Positions 48,391 to 60,500 of a DNA stretch of 64,000 nucleotides are shown here, in pieces; the first letter of the stretch is position 1; every line of letters starts with the position of its first letter. The stretch lies in NCBI GenBank assembly GCA_965153355.1, contig OZ231126.1:47120001-47184000 (forward strand), given 5' to 3'. Under the pieces are notes generated by a model that was not told the origin of the DNA, ran no database searches, and worked only from the letters and a program-made list of their open reading frames with translations. The position numbers and the translations under genes are program-made. The DNA comes from Flaccisagitta enflata. Its lineage: Eukaryota.

Positions 48391-50969
48391 GTCAAAGAGG
48401 AAGTACCTATAATAAAGCTGTATTTAGTCAATGAAAACCTAGTCTTATCTGACGAGTGCGACAGTGAGATGTACTATGTTCTGCCTATAATAAATGATGA
48501 TATTCCAACTTAGCCCCATGGTGCGGAGAAGGGGGGAGGACATCCATACTCCAGGGAGAAGTTCCATGACTGCATCAATGCTTCAAATGCTGTTGGTCTT
48601 AGAGTACATCAGCAGTAGCCATAACGTGGAGGATTGCATCACATGAAAGAGAAAACAGAAACAGGGAAATCAAGCATTATGAAAAGACACCGGCAAAATG
48701 ATAGACAAGATCATCAGGGCCAAAGGCCCCAGCCATGGTTAGATGCAGGGGCTGATGGCGGATAGAAGAAATACAAATTCAGAAAGAAATTATTTCCTCT
48801 CTGTCCTTGATATTCTCTTATGTACATGGGAAATCCCACATGGCCCTAATGGCATCTTGATGTAGCCACAGAAGGGCATTTTGAGTTCTAGAATTATTCA
48901 AAATAACTCAAAAGAACAATACGGAAAGTATACCTGATGTTGAGATGACGATGAATAGCCGCCAGGAGAGGCAACCTGAAGCTGGTATTATTGCTGCTGC
49001 TGAAGCAAGGATGAGATTGTTGACTAGTTGATGTGAAGCAAATCGATTTTAGCCTCTTTGTTCAGTTTAAACTCTGAAGTCCAAGATGTTTGGAAGTTTG
49101 TCGAAGATGAGCTGCATGAGCGGTTGAACAAGGAAAGGAGTGCGGCTACGCGTATCAAGTCGTAGAAGATGTAATGATGTACATTTGTGCGAAGTTTCAA
49201 CACCGTAGTCCCAGCCGTTTTTAAGGTAGAGTCCAGATCGTGGGCGAAGATGTCCAACAGCTCGACGGCAATTTGGCGGTGCCAGTTGATGAAGTTGGAT
49301 GCCTTGCACCCTTTTACCGAAGCTGACAACAATTGGATGAAAGGCTGTTGATTGAAAAGCTGTTGAAGTTAAAAGCGCGGGAAGCGTTGTTGACGTGCTT
49401 TAAAACCACCGATGTCCATGAATTTTGGTATGCTAATGCACCTCCATGGAATGTCATGTCAATTTAGAAGAGAATCGTTAAAGTTGTTTGTGTTCTGGAC
49501 GTTGTTTAAGTTGCGGTACCGCGACCGTCGTCGATGCCTCAAAAGCGATTCATCTGAAACTCCTAACCAAGCATTTGGGCAGGAGCGGTAATGCAGAAAA
49601 ACGCCCGAAAACGCCAAAAAAACTAAGTGTGATGGACCGACTGACCTAGCAGGTTAGAGAGTCGTGTGTACACGACTAAAAATATCTCCAGATATTACTA
49701 TTTAGAAGTAGTACGTAAAAATGTATTTTGCTTGAATAAGTAATTCTAATCATAAATTTTTTTGAAGTTTATATAGTATTAAAAATTAAAAACGCTAAAA
49801 ATGTTGGAAAATCCATTTAGCCTTAAAGTACAAGAAGCCATCAAGAAAATGACGTTTTTATATAACGAGGCCAATACTTTGCAGTCGCACGCGGTTCTTA
49901 AGACCAGAAGACAAAAAGACAAAAAGACCAAGACCAAGACCCCGGCCCCAAATGTAAATTGACTTAAATTAACTTTAAATAAACAAAATAAATAAAATAG
50001 CGTAAAACAACGAAGAAAGTGTAGCGTGACTGACATACAGACCGACCGGCGGACAGAGTGTGTTGTAGAGTCGCGTGCACGCGAACAAAAAGTGTAGCCA
50101 ATCGATTGCGATAACGCGACTTCGATAACGCGACTTCGGTAATTAATCGGGATGAAGGATGGGGGGGGGGGGAGGGTCTGTAGGTAACAACAGGATGAAG
50201 TCGGACAAAATACCGTTAGTAATGTGAGGTAGTTAATAACACAGTATAACACGGTAATGATGATGACAAGGTGTAGGAGGTGACAACGCAGAAAATGATG
50301 CAATGTAGGTAATGACGTAGATTAAATTATGACAGAAAATGTAGATATTACCAATGATGTAGAGATGCCTTAAACAATTTTACCATCCTCCATCACTACG
50401 AGGGTTTGAAAGAACCTCGCTTGTCCGCATGAATGATCGTATGCGCGTCGCCGTCGTCGTCGTTGATCGCGGGAGTCGGGGGAAGAGAGAATCGATGTCG
50501 AATGCCGGCGGTGTTGTCGAGGGGATGAAGACTGTTGTCAAGAGGAGTCATCTGCGATCATCAGTGTTGGTCAAAGGTCGAAAGAAAGTGTCTCAGTTCT
50601 GGGGCGGACACCAGGTTCCCTGGCCGTGACTTGGCTGCCAATAGGCGCAGATGGGAAGGCGCGTGGTTCTCATATCCCTACTGATACTAATACCTTGGAA
50701 GGTAGAAACATGATTCTTAGCATGCATGCATGTAGGAGAACGCCAGCTGTATACCAATGCAATATCTCGATCCCTAAAATACAAAGAAACAATGTCAATG
50801 CCAAACAATTCAAGGATATGAAAATGATAACAAGAGCCCCCCTTTTATGAATGAGAATGAATGAATCAGAAATATATATAACGCATGAGTTTCTTCATTT
50901 TATCATCTTAATTCGTCGTCTTCTGCCTTTCCATCGTCATCGTCCTTTTTCATCCATTATCTTCCGCTT

Positions 50970-51250
50970 TCATGACGAGTTTTCTCCGTCATGACAAGCT
51001 TTCTCCGTCATGACGTGGGTGCTCCGTCATGACGAGGGTGCTGCATCATGACGAGGGTGCTACGTCATGACGAGGGTCCTCCGTCATGACGAGGGATCTC
51101 CGTCATGACGAGGGTTCTCCATCATGACGAGGGTTCTCCATCATGACGAGGGTTCTCCATCATGACGAGTTTTCTCCGTCATGATAAGCTTTCTCCGTCA
51201 TGACGAGGGTGCTCCGTCATGACGAGGGTTCTACGTCATGACGAGGGTTA
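50970..51250 (+). repeat. 19-bp minisatellite (CCGTCATGACGAGGGTTCT)n with palindromic core CGTCATGACG
   Basis: About 14 tandem units. Confidence 0.9.
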
Positions 51251-52549
51251 GCACCACTAGTCAATACCCTCAATCATATTCACCAGTGATGATGTACTGT
51301 TGACGCTGATAAGCTAATTTTTAGTCGCGCTCACGCGACTCTACAACCCGCTTCGTCAGTTGGTCGGACGGTTGGTTGGTTAGTCACACTTATACTTTTT
51401 TTTTTTATTTTATATTTTTGACCTCACTGCTCCAGCCCAAATAGTATGATGACCTCAAATATGGCCCCTGCCCACCTGCACGCGACTCATTATGACGAGG
51501 GTGCTAACAACCGTTCGTAACTCTGAATATACAAAGGCTTCAAATCTTGTGAAAAAAAAATAAATTTTAGCTTCATTTTCAATTTTAGCTTAATTATAAT
51601 AAAATGTTAGTGTTTTGTTAATATTCTTTAAATGTTACTTTAAGCGAAATGTTCTTATTTTCAAGGCCAAATGAAGCCTTTAACGTTCTAGAGCCTATGC
51701 AATGTAGACAAATTTTCACTAAATAATTGAAGCTACTATTGCTACTAAGCATCAGTTGTGGTCGCTTCTTGTAGTTTAATCTCTCTTAAAAGTGTTGCCT
51801 CACCCTAGCTGTGAGGGAACACAAGAATTAACGGAGAACCAATCACGAGACAGGTCACATTGAAAGAGAGACTATTGCTACCGAAGTGTTAGTAATTTGT
51901 TGACAAAATCTCCGTCCTTACAAGGGTGCTCCGCCATAACGTGGGTGCTCCAGCTTATAGGGGCTTTTCCGTTGTGATTGGGGTTCTTTATTCTAGGAAG
52001 GCTAAAATTTTTTTAATTTCTAATATAAGGAATAGCCTTCGAAAGAAAATGACGTTCTTAAAAAAAAAGTGTAGTAGGCAATTTTACCCTGTTATGTCGG
52101 TGCGTCTTTTCCCTTTACTTTTTTGTGTCTTTGCGGTCTTTGGCTTCACATCATGCTTCAGTACAATTTCAAAACTGCATCTGTCCACCTGCATGCAACT
52201 CTGATCGCCGTGCATCTGGCCTTCTATAGTTTGCGTTTTTCGTTTCACTGCCCTTACCCAAACCGAGTTCAATAATTTTTAGTCGCGGACTAGCGACTCT
52301 ATAAGAGGCTTTATCGGTCCGTCTGTCCGTTGGTAATGATCGAGTTTGAAAGTGCAAAAACGCCCATTTTCGCCCCTGCCCACCCATCTGCGACTGGTAT
52401 TGGACGTGTATCCGGCCTTGTTATTTCCATACTCACCATTGTCCACTTGTCCGCCTCCGCGCGACTCAGGTGGTCATACACCCGTCCTCAAACAAGCAGC
52501 AAATTGGTCGATGATGGCTTCAAATCTATGATGACATACCTTGAAAAAA

Positions 52550-53987
52550 AATTTTCAAAAAACTGAAAATAAAAATTGAAAAAAAAAAAATGAAAAAATA
52601 ATTTAAAAAAAAAATCACAAAAAAAACATTCACAAAAAAAAATTCAAAACAAAAATTGCTGTAGTCCTAGTAACATAATACTACATAAGCTAATATCTCA
52701 TAAATCAGACTTCAGATTTATTTCGAATTTTGCAGGGGCTTGTCAATTGATATCCTTTACTTGCATACCAAATTTTAAAAAAAAATTCACAAACCTTTAC
52801 TACCCTTTGCCTATGTAAATTGCTTAAGTTCTAGTAACATATTACTAGATAAATAAGCTAATATCTCATAAACCAGACTACAAATGTTTTTAGCAGTTTT
52901 TAGCAGTTTTTAGCAAGAAATTTTTAAAAAGAGGACCCCTTTTTATAAGGGTCATACTGCTAAAAAGTTGCTAAATATTTGCTAAAAACATGCTAAAAAC
53001 ATGCTAAAATGTTTATATACCCTTCAAATTTTAGCGACTGCTAAAGTGTTGCTAAAATATTGCTAAAATGGGTCGCTCTACTTAAGCTTCTTTTTAGCAA
53101 CGTTTTAGCAACATTTCAGTAACATTTTAGCAACATTTTAGTAACACTTTAGCATAATTTTAGCATAATATTAGCATCATTTCAGCATAATATCAGCAAC
53201 ATTTCAGCATAATTTTAGCAACATTTTAGCATCATTTAAGCATAGTTTTAGCAACATTTTAGCAAATTTTCTTTACTATCATAGCATCATTTCATAATCC
53301 TTGAGTAAGTTTTTACCAACTTTTTAGCAAACAATGTCACAAACCTTTTAGCAAGTTTTTAGTAACTAATATCACAATTTCAAAATCCTTTTAGCAAGTT
53401 CTTAGTAACTTTTTAGCAGAGTTTTGATAGCCTTTTAGCAAGAAAAATTTTTTTTTTACAAAGTCATGGCTTTTTAGCGGGATTTTCAGCAACTAAAAAG
53501 TTTTTTAGCAGCCATTTTCTTCAAAAGAGGACCCCGTTGCTAAAAACTGCTAAAAACTGCTAAAAACATTTTTAGCTTTCCCCACCCTGTAGTAACATGT
53601 TACTAGATATATAAGCTAATATCTCATAAACCAGATTTCAGATTTAATTCGAATTTTGCAGGGGTTGTTTATTTAGTACCCTCTACTTGTATGCCAAATT
53701 AAAAAAAAATTCACATACTTTTACTACCCTCTACCTATGTAAATCGCCTAAGTCCAGTAAAATATTACTACAAAAATAATAGGCAAAGGGTAGTAAAGGT
53801 ATATAAATTTTGCTGAAAATTGGTACACAAGCTCCCATTGGCATAAAAGTAACACTGGTAAAGTTTCATGAACTTCTGAAGTCTGGTTCAAAAGATATGA
53901 GGTTTTCAACGACGACAACGACGACTGACTGACTACACGATCAGGTCCATCACATAGTCCCACGGATCTGATTGCCGTGGGACAAAA
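52550..53987 (-). mobile_element. Third HINE-like element with ~170-bp internal units, interrupted by a TTTTAGCA-rich element ending CCCACCCTG (~52885-53589)
   Basis: Terminal hairpin GTCCCACGG...CCGTGGGAC plus A-run at 53957-53987; GACGAC microsatellite; repeated TAGTAACAT...AAGCTAATATCTCATAAA units. Confidence 0.6.
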
Positions 53988-54221
53988 ATATAATCTTAAA
54001 ATATAATCTTAAAACATACAAATGAAGGAATGGTTTGCGTATTAACTAGGATGGACAAAAAAGTACGAAGCTCTAGGGCGGCTTACCAGCTAGCACGAGA
54101 GTATCTTGACCTTTGAGAGAAGACCACCTAATGAATGAATCTGCCTGATGAACAATTTCGTCTGATGAACAATCCTGTCTGATGTACAATGCCGTCTGTT
54201 ATACGTTTCCGTGATGCATAG

Positions 54222-54832
54222 ACATTTTTTTTATAAGAAACAAGTTAATAAGAACGTTCAAATCGTCAAAAATTTAAGAACATGCTAAAACATTGGAAGG
54301 CTTTATTTTTTCAAGAATGAAAGAACAAGTTCAAAATCTGAAAAAATTTAGAACATTTTTTTCTGGGCGTTTTCTTAATCGATTATTGGTAAATAGACGC
54401 TGTATCTTTTCTGTTCAGCAAATCATGTCTCACTTTATATAGTGTTTATCTTTCTACTTTTATTGATTTTAACATTTTTTAAAACGCTTGAATCTGCTGC
54501 TTTTCTGTTTCATTGACATTTTCTTTTTTTCTTCTCCTGAATGACAAACTCAACTAATTTGTTGAAGTTTAAAAACTTTGTTTAAATTAAAAACAATTTA
54601 AAAACAGTTTAACCTTGAAACCGCTAGATATTTAGGAACATTGAAGGCTTGCCAAAAAATGATGTTCTTATGAAAACAAGGCCGGATACACGGCAATCCA
54701 GTCGCGGACGGTTGGGCAGGAGCAGTAATGCGAAAACCGCTTGGAATTCAAAAATGTGACGGACCGACGGACCGACGTATCTACCGACGGACACGGCAAG
54801 GTGTAGAGTCGCGTGTCCGCGACTAAAAAGTG
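54222..54832. mobile_element. TA-flanked MITE related to 14533-15275, with a HINE (54674-54829) inserted in the A-run of its right TIR
   Basis: TA|GACATTTTTTTTATAAGAA ... TTCTTATGAAAA[HINE]AAGTG|TA. Confidence 0.6.
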
Positions 54833-55574
54833 TATGACGAGTGCTAAGGTGACGTAGGCGCGAATTGAAGAAATCGTGTGCTTGTATATAGTTACATATC
54901 CCCCCCCCTCACTTTGCAAGGGGGAATCAAATAGAATTAAAGGATCCGTAATTGGGAAGGCCATCAAAGGGCAGAAAATTCTAAAGAAGGTACATAAGAT
55001 TCCACTTACCTAACCACTTTTTTGTAAAAGAACAACATTACAACACAAAGGTTTTATGGGGGAGTAAATTAAATGTACTAAGAACCCGCGCGGAAGAAAA
55101 TCAAAGGACCGTGGGGGGGGGGGGGAATGAGACCAATAGACATGCAGCTTAATCCACTCCTGAGAAACCAACAACCGTAGATGAAAAAACCAAGTTCTGT
55201 AAATGGAAAGGTAGAAGCAACAAGTAGTATAAATAGACAAATAATTCAATCCATTCGCAGTTGCCAAAAAAAACAAGTTCTAAATAGATACAGAAGATAT
55301 TGTCTAGAATTGAGATACCGCAATGGGGGCAAGCATTGGGGACAATCGTGCGAAGCGTAGGCTGCACTTGCTGACGCCAATAGTGAGAATGATCTACACA
55401 GCCTCCAGAAGATTTTTAAGTTGCCCCCGAGGGTGAGGAATATCGGCTGCTTGGCGGCATTGACGGAGTGGTTGCAGAATGGGGATGTTGAGAGTTGATT
55501 GAGGTCGGTCTGACGATGCTGTGAGTTGGTTTTGGCGACGATTGGATGAACTCTGTTGTTGTTGTCGGCGTTTT

Positions 55575-56200
55575 TTCGGCGGCTCGAGGGCGTCGACAAA
55601 AGAGGCTGTTAAAGCTGTTGTAGTTAGCCCACGATAATAAAATTAATACAGCACAGAGTGTTAGCCGTACACTAGCTGGTATTAAAATTTGATGGAGCTG
55701 CTGCAAAGGGTTCGGCGGTAATCAATGTTCAAAGTTGGCGTCGTGGCGGCGGCTCGAGGACGTCGACGAAAACGGCTGCTAGCACGGCTGTGGTTGACCG
55801 ACGATGTTAAATTTGATAAAGCACGTAGTGTTAGGTGTAGACTAGCTGCTGTTAGGATTTGACGGAGCTGCTGTAAGAGGTTTGGCGTCAGTTTGCCCGC
55901 AAAGTCGTAGGCGGCGGCGGCGGAGGTTCGAGGACGCCGAGAAAAACGTTCACTGCGGCCGTGGTTGTGACCCGATCACAATAAAATTTAGTATGCACGT
56001 AGTTCAGGTCATAGACTAGCTTGTCTAAAATTTTTACAAAGCTGATGTGAAGGGTTCGGCTTTAGCATGCTCGCGAAGTTGGCGGCACGACGACGGTTTG
56101 ACGACGTCGACGAAAACGGCTGTCCACGCGCATGAGAACGTCCGAGGAAGCTGAGATTTGAACTGCAGATGCTCCTTGATGTCGACTATCACTGTACCAA
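55575..56200. repeat. Diverged ~170-174-bp tandem repeat (3-4 copies)
   Basis: CGTCGAC-like anchors at 55591, 55761, 55935 and 56105; AAGGGTTCGGC-like anchors near 55706, 55875 and 56050. Confidence 0.75.
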
Positions 56201-57599
56201 GTTTTGTGACGATCCGAGTCACGGTTCGGTGTTGGCGCGTCATCAAAGTTGGCGTCTCGGCGTCCGGCGGCTGTGGATGCGAAGGACGAGTCGACAAGCT
56301 GCTGCAGGCTGCTGGGGATGACGTCGACGGTCGTGATGGCGAGGGGAACGTTGGATGTAGTAACATGCTCGGATTGAAGTCTCTCGGATATACATATACA
56401 ATGATATACATATGTCATTGCGTGATTGTTTATCAAAGATGGCCTTGTGAACCCTATTTTAGTAGTTGATACGCGCACCATTCCTAGTTTTGTATTTAAA
56501 TTAAAACAACCCCCTCTAACTCCCAAACACACGTATGGCATCTCAAATACACGTTTACTTCCTGACTTGATCATTGTAGAGCATTGGACAGACAACACCA
56601 CTTCATAAGTCGCTAGTCCGCGATTGAAAATAGAGAAGCAAAAAACTGTTGCCCATGATGTTGAAATAAATCGATTCACCCGAGGGCAGCATCTCTTTAG
56701 GAGTCTAACCCATAATAATTCCGTTGCATGCATGCTTATACGCGCACCGCTTATGTAGCTTTATACACGATATTGATAAGCAAAAAACTAGTGCTGTAAA
56801 CATTTTTTACAGCAGCTAACCGACATGCATCATTTACATTTAAAACAAGGCTGAACACACGGCAATCCAGTCGCCAAAACCACTCTCAATTCGAAAATAT
56901 TGGACGGACCGATCGACGGACACGGTAAGGTGCAGAGTCGCTTGTCCGCGACTAAAAATATTCCAAACTTCGTTTTTCTGGAAAAAAAAAGATGAGGAAC
57001 ACGGTATGGCATACAGAATTGCATGAAAAAAGAGTATGGCAGGTATTGCAACTATAGGAGGTAAATGAGCGTGATTAAATCACAAAGACATGGCATCATA
57101 TACTTTTACATTAACCATGACTATTGGATAGTGACTGGCAGGCGGGTCCACGATGCAGCGTTGGAACTGTTCCCGCAAGCTCATGCCAAAAATAATTCAA
57201 AATTTAAAAATAAATATAATATTTCAAAGAGCCCAAACCTCGGGAAATGATAAGCAGGACAAATAAAGATGGGAAGAGCCAACAAAATGGAAGAGCACCG
57301 AGGAGGAAGAGAACTAACGAGGAAGAGAGCTGGCATTTAATATCAGCATCATTACGATCCATTAGTTGTCATTAAGGCTCTACCCAACGAGATAGGGCTG
57401 AAATGAATTTTGTCTTGAGTAATCAATGTACATAAGTTTCCCACAATCAAACTCAATAAACTTATGAATTGTAATAAATCATAATGGTTAATGATGCTGA
57501 TTTTTCATTACAACTCATTTGGGCCCATTTTAACCCTGAACTGTAATGATTTAATGGGTTATAATAACTAGTGATGCTGACTTGTCATAACAACCGATT

Positions 57600-60500
57600 A
57601 TGTCGGAAATTTTAATTGGATTGGAATGAGTTGGAACAAACTGGAATGAGTTAGAATAAATTGAAATGGTTTGCAATGACACAAACACTGATTTCAGTAC
57701 AATTGGAATGGGTTGGAATGCATTGGAATGGGTTGCAATGAGATAAAGGTTGATTTTGATAGAAATTTCAGCAGGATTGGAATGGGTTTGGAATGAGTTG
57801 GAATGAAATAACCATTGAAAGCCATTACAACTCATTCCAACCCATTCCAATCCATTCAGGTTGTTAAAATTCAGTCTAAATCCCCTGTTAAACCCCTACC
57901 TCTTAGCCCCTCCCAATCAAGAAACTGAACCATAATTATAACTAAAGAAAATTTTCATTCAGGCTCTACACCTTAGGGTAGAGCCCGAATGACAACCTGA
58001 ATGGACTTGAATGAAATCTTCAAATTGAAGAATTATTGGTCCTTTTGAGTTGAGTTCCTAGAATGGGAGGGGCTAAAAGGTAGGGGTTTATAGGGGGATT
58101 TAGACTCAATTGGAATGAATTGGAATGGATTGGAATGGGTTGGAATGGGTTGAAATAACATAGGGTGATTTTGAAAGAAACATCAACAGGATTTGAATGG
58201 GTTGGAATGAGTTGGAATGAATTGGAATGAATTGGAATGGGTTGGAATGAATTGGAATGGATTGGAATGGGTTGGAATGAATTGGAATAACATAAAGGGT
58301 GATTTTGATAGAAACATCAACAGGATTTGAATGGGTTGGAATGAGTTGGAATGAATTGGAATGAATTGGAGTGGGTTGGAATGAATTGGAATGGGTTGGA
58401 ATGAATTGGAATGGGTTGGAATGAATTGGAATGAGTTTCAATGACATAAGGGGTGATTTTGATGGAAATTTCAGCAGGATTGGAATGGGTTGGAATGAGT
58501 TGGAATGAAATAACCGTTGAAAGCCATTACAACTCATTCCAACCCATTCAGGTTGTTAAAATTGAGTCTAAATCCCCCGTTAAACCCCTACCTCTTAGCC
58601 CCTCCCAATCAAGAAACTGAACCATAATGATAACTAAAGAAAATTTTCATTCAGGCTCTACACCTTAGGGTAGAGCCCGAATGACAACCTGAATGGACTT
58701 GAATGAAATCTTCAAATTGAAGAATTATTGGTCCTTTTGAGTTGAGTTCCTAGAATGGGAGGGGCTAAAAGGTAGGGGTTTATAGGGGGATTTAGACTCA
58801 ATTGGAATGAATTGGAATGGATTGGAATGAATTGGAATGGATTGGAATGAGTTGGAATGAGTTGGAATAACATAGGGTGATTTTGAAAGAAATATCAACA
58901 GGATTTGAATGGGTTGGAATGAGTTGGAATGAATTGGAATGGGTTGGAATGAATTGGAATGGATTGGAATGGGTTGGAATGAATTGGAATGAGTTTCAAT
59001 GACATAAGGGGTGATTTTGATGGAAATTTCAGCAGGATTGGAATGAGTTGGAATGAAAAACCGTTGAAAGCCATTACAACTCATTCCAACCCATTCCAAT
59101 CCATTCAGGTTGTTAAAATTGAGTCTAAATCCCCCGTTAAACCCCTACCTCTTAGCCCCTCCCAATCAAGAAACTGAACCACCAATAATATACTAAAAAA
59201 TTTTCATTCAGGCTCTACACTTAGGGTAGAGCCCGAATGACAACCTGAATGGACTTGAATGAAATCTTCAAATTGAAGAATTGTTGTCCTTTTGAGTTGA
59301 GTTCTTAGAATGGGAGGGGCTAAGGTAGGGTTTAGGATTTAGACTCAATTGGAATGAATTGGAATGAATTGGAATGGATTGGAATGGGTTGGAATGGGAT
59401 GGAATGAATTGGAATAACATAAAGGGTGATTTTGATAGAAACATCAATAGGATTTGAATGGGTTGGAATGAGTTGGAATGAATTGGAATGAATTGGAGTG
59501 GGTTGGAATGAATTGGAATGGGTTGGAATGAATTGGAATGGGTTGGAATGAATTGGAATGAGTTTCAATGACATGAGGGGTGATTTTGATGGAAATTTCA
59601 GCAGGATTGGAATGGGTTGGAATGAGTTGGAATGGAATAACCGTTGAAAGCCATTACAACTCATTCCAACCCATTCCAATCCATTCAGGTTGTTAAAATT
59701 GAGTCTAAATCCCCCGTTAAACCCCTACCTCTTAGCCCCTCCCAATCAAGAAACTGAACCATAATGATAACTAAAGAAAATTTTCATTCAGGCTCTACAC
59801 CTTAGGGTAGAGCCCGAATGACAACCTGAATGGACTTGAATGAAATCTTCAAATTGAAGAATTATTGGTCCTTTTGAGTTGAGTTCCTAGAATGGGAGGG
59901 GCTAAAAGGTAGGGGTTTATAGGGGGATTTAGACTCAATTGGAATGAATTGGAATGAATTGGAATGGATTGGAATGGATTGGAATGGGTTGGAATGGGTT
60001 GTAATGGGTTGGAATGGGTTGGAATGAATTGGAATAACATAAAGGGTGATTTTGATAGAAACATCAACAGGATTTGAATGGGTTGGAATGAATTGGAATG
60101 GGTTGGAATGAATTGGAATGGGTTGGAATGAATTGGAATGGGTTGGAATGAATTGGAATGGGTTGGAATGAATTGGAATGATTTCCAATGACATAAGGGT
60201 GATTTTGATGTCATTTGAAATTCATTACAACTCATTCCAACCCATTCCAATCCATTCAGATTATTAACAGTGAGTCTAAATCCCCCTATAAACCCCTACC
60301 TTTAGCCCCTCCCATTCTAGGAACTCAACTCAAAAGGACCAATAATTCTTCAATTTGAAGATTTCATTCAAGTCCATTCAGGTTGTCATTCGGGCTCTAC
60401 CCTAAGGTGTAGAGCCTGAATGAAAATTTTCTTTAGTTATCACTATGGTTCAGTTTCTTGATTGGGAGGGGCTAAGAGGTAGGGGTTTAACGGGGGATTT

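Larger units (their letters stand above)
48934..55600 (-). pseudogene. Decayed multi-exon gene of unknown family (candidate exons ending 55319; 52437-52539; 50384-50841; 48934-49553)
   Basis: GC-richer, coding-like segments bounded by AG/GT signals, with compatible phases at 55319/52539 and 52437/50841. In-frame stops at 52490, 50595, 50550, 49461, 49371, 49026 and 48990; one 1-bp frameshift is needed near 50480. Confidence 0.4.

Noticed and set aside
48934-52539. Stop-codon reassignment, selenocysteine or RNA editing to explain the in-frame stops
   Set aside because: All three stop types occur, a frameshift is also needed, and the two intact genes have over 1600 codons with no internal stops; ordinary decay is simpler.
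52530-52550. Second AG|GTATGT recursive-site candidate
   Set aside because: Better explained as the phase-2 acceptor of the relic exon 52539-52437.
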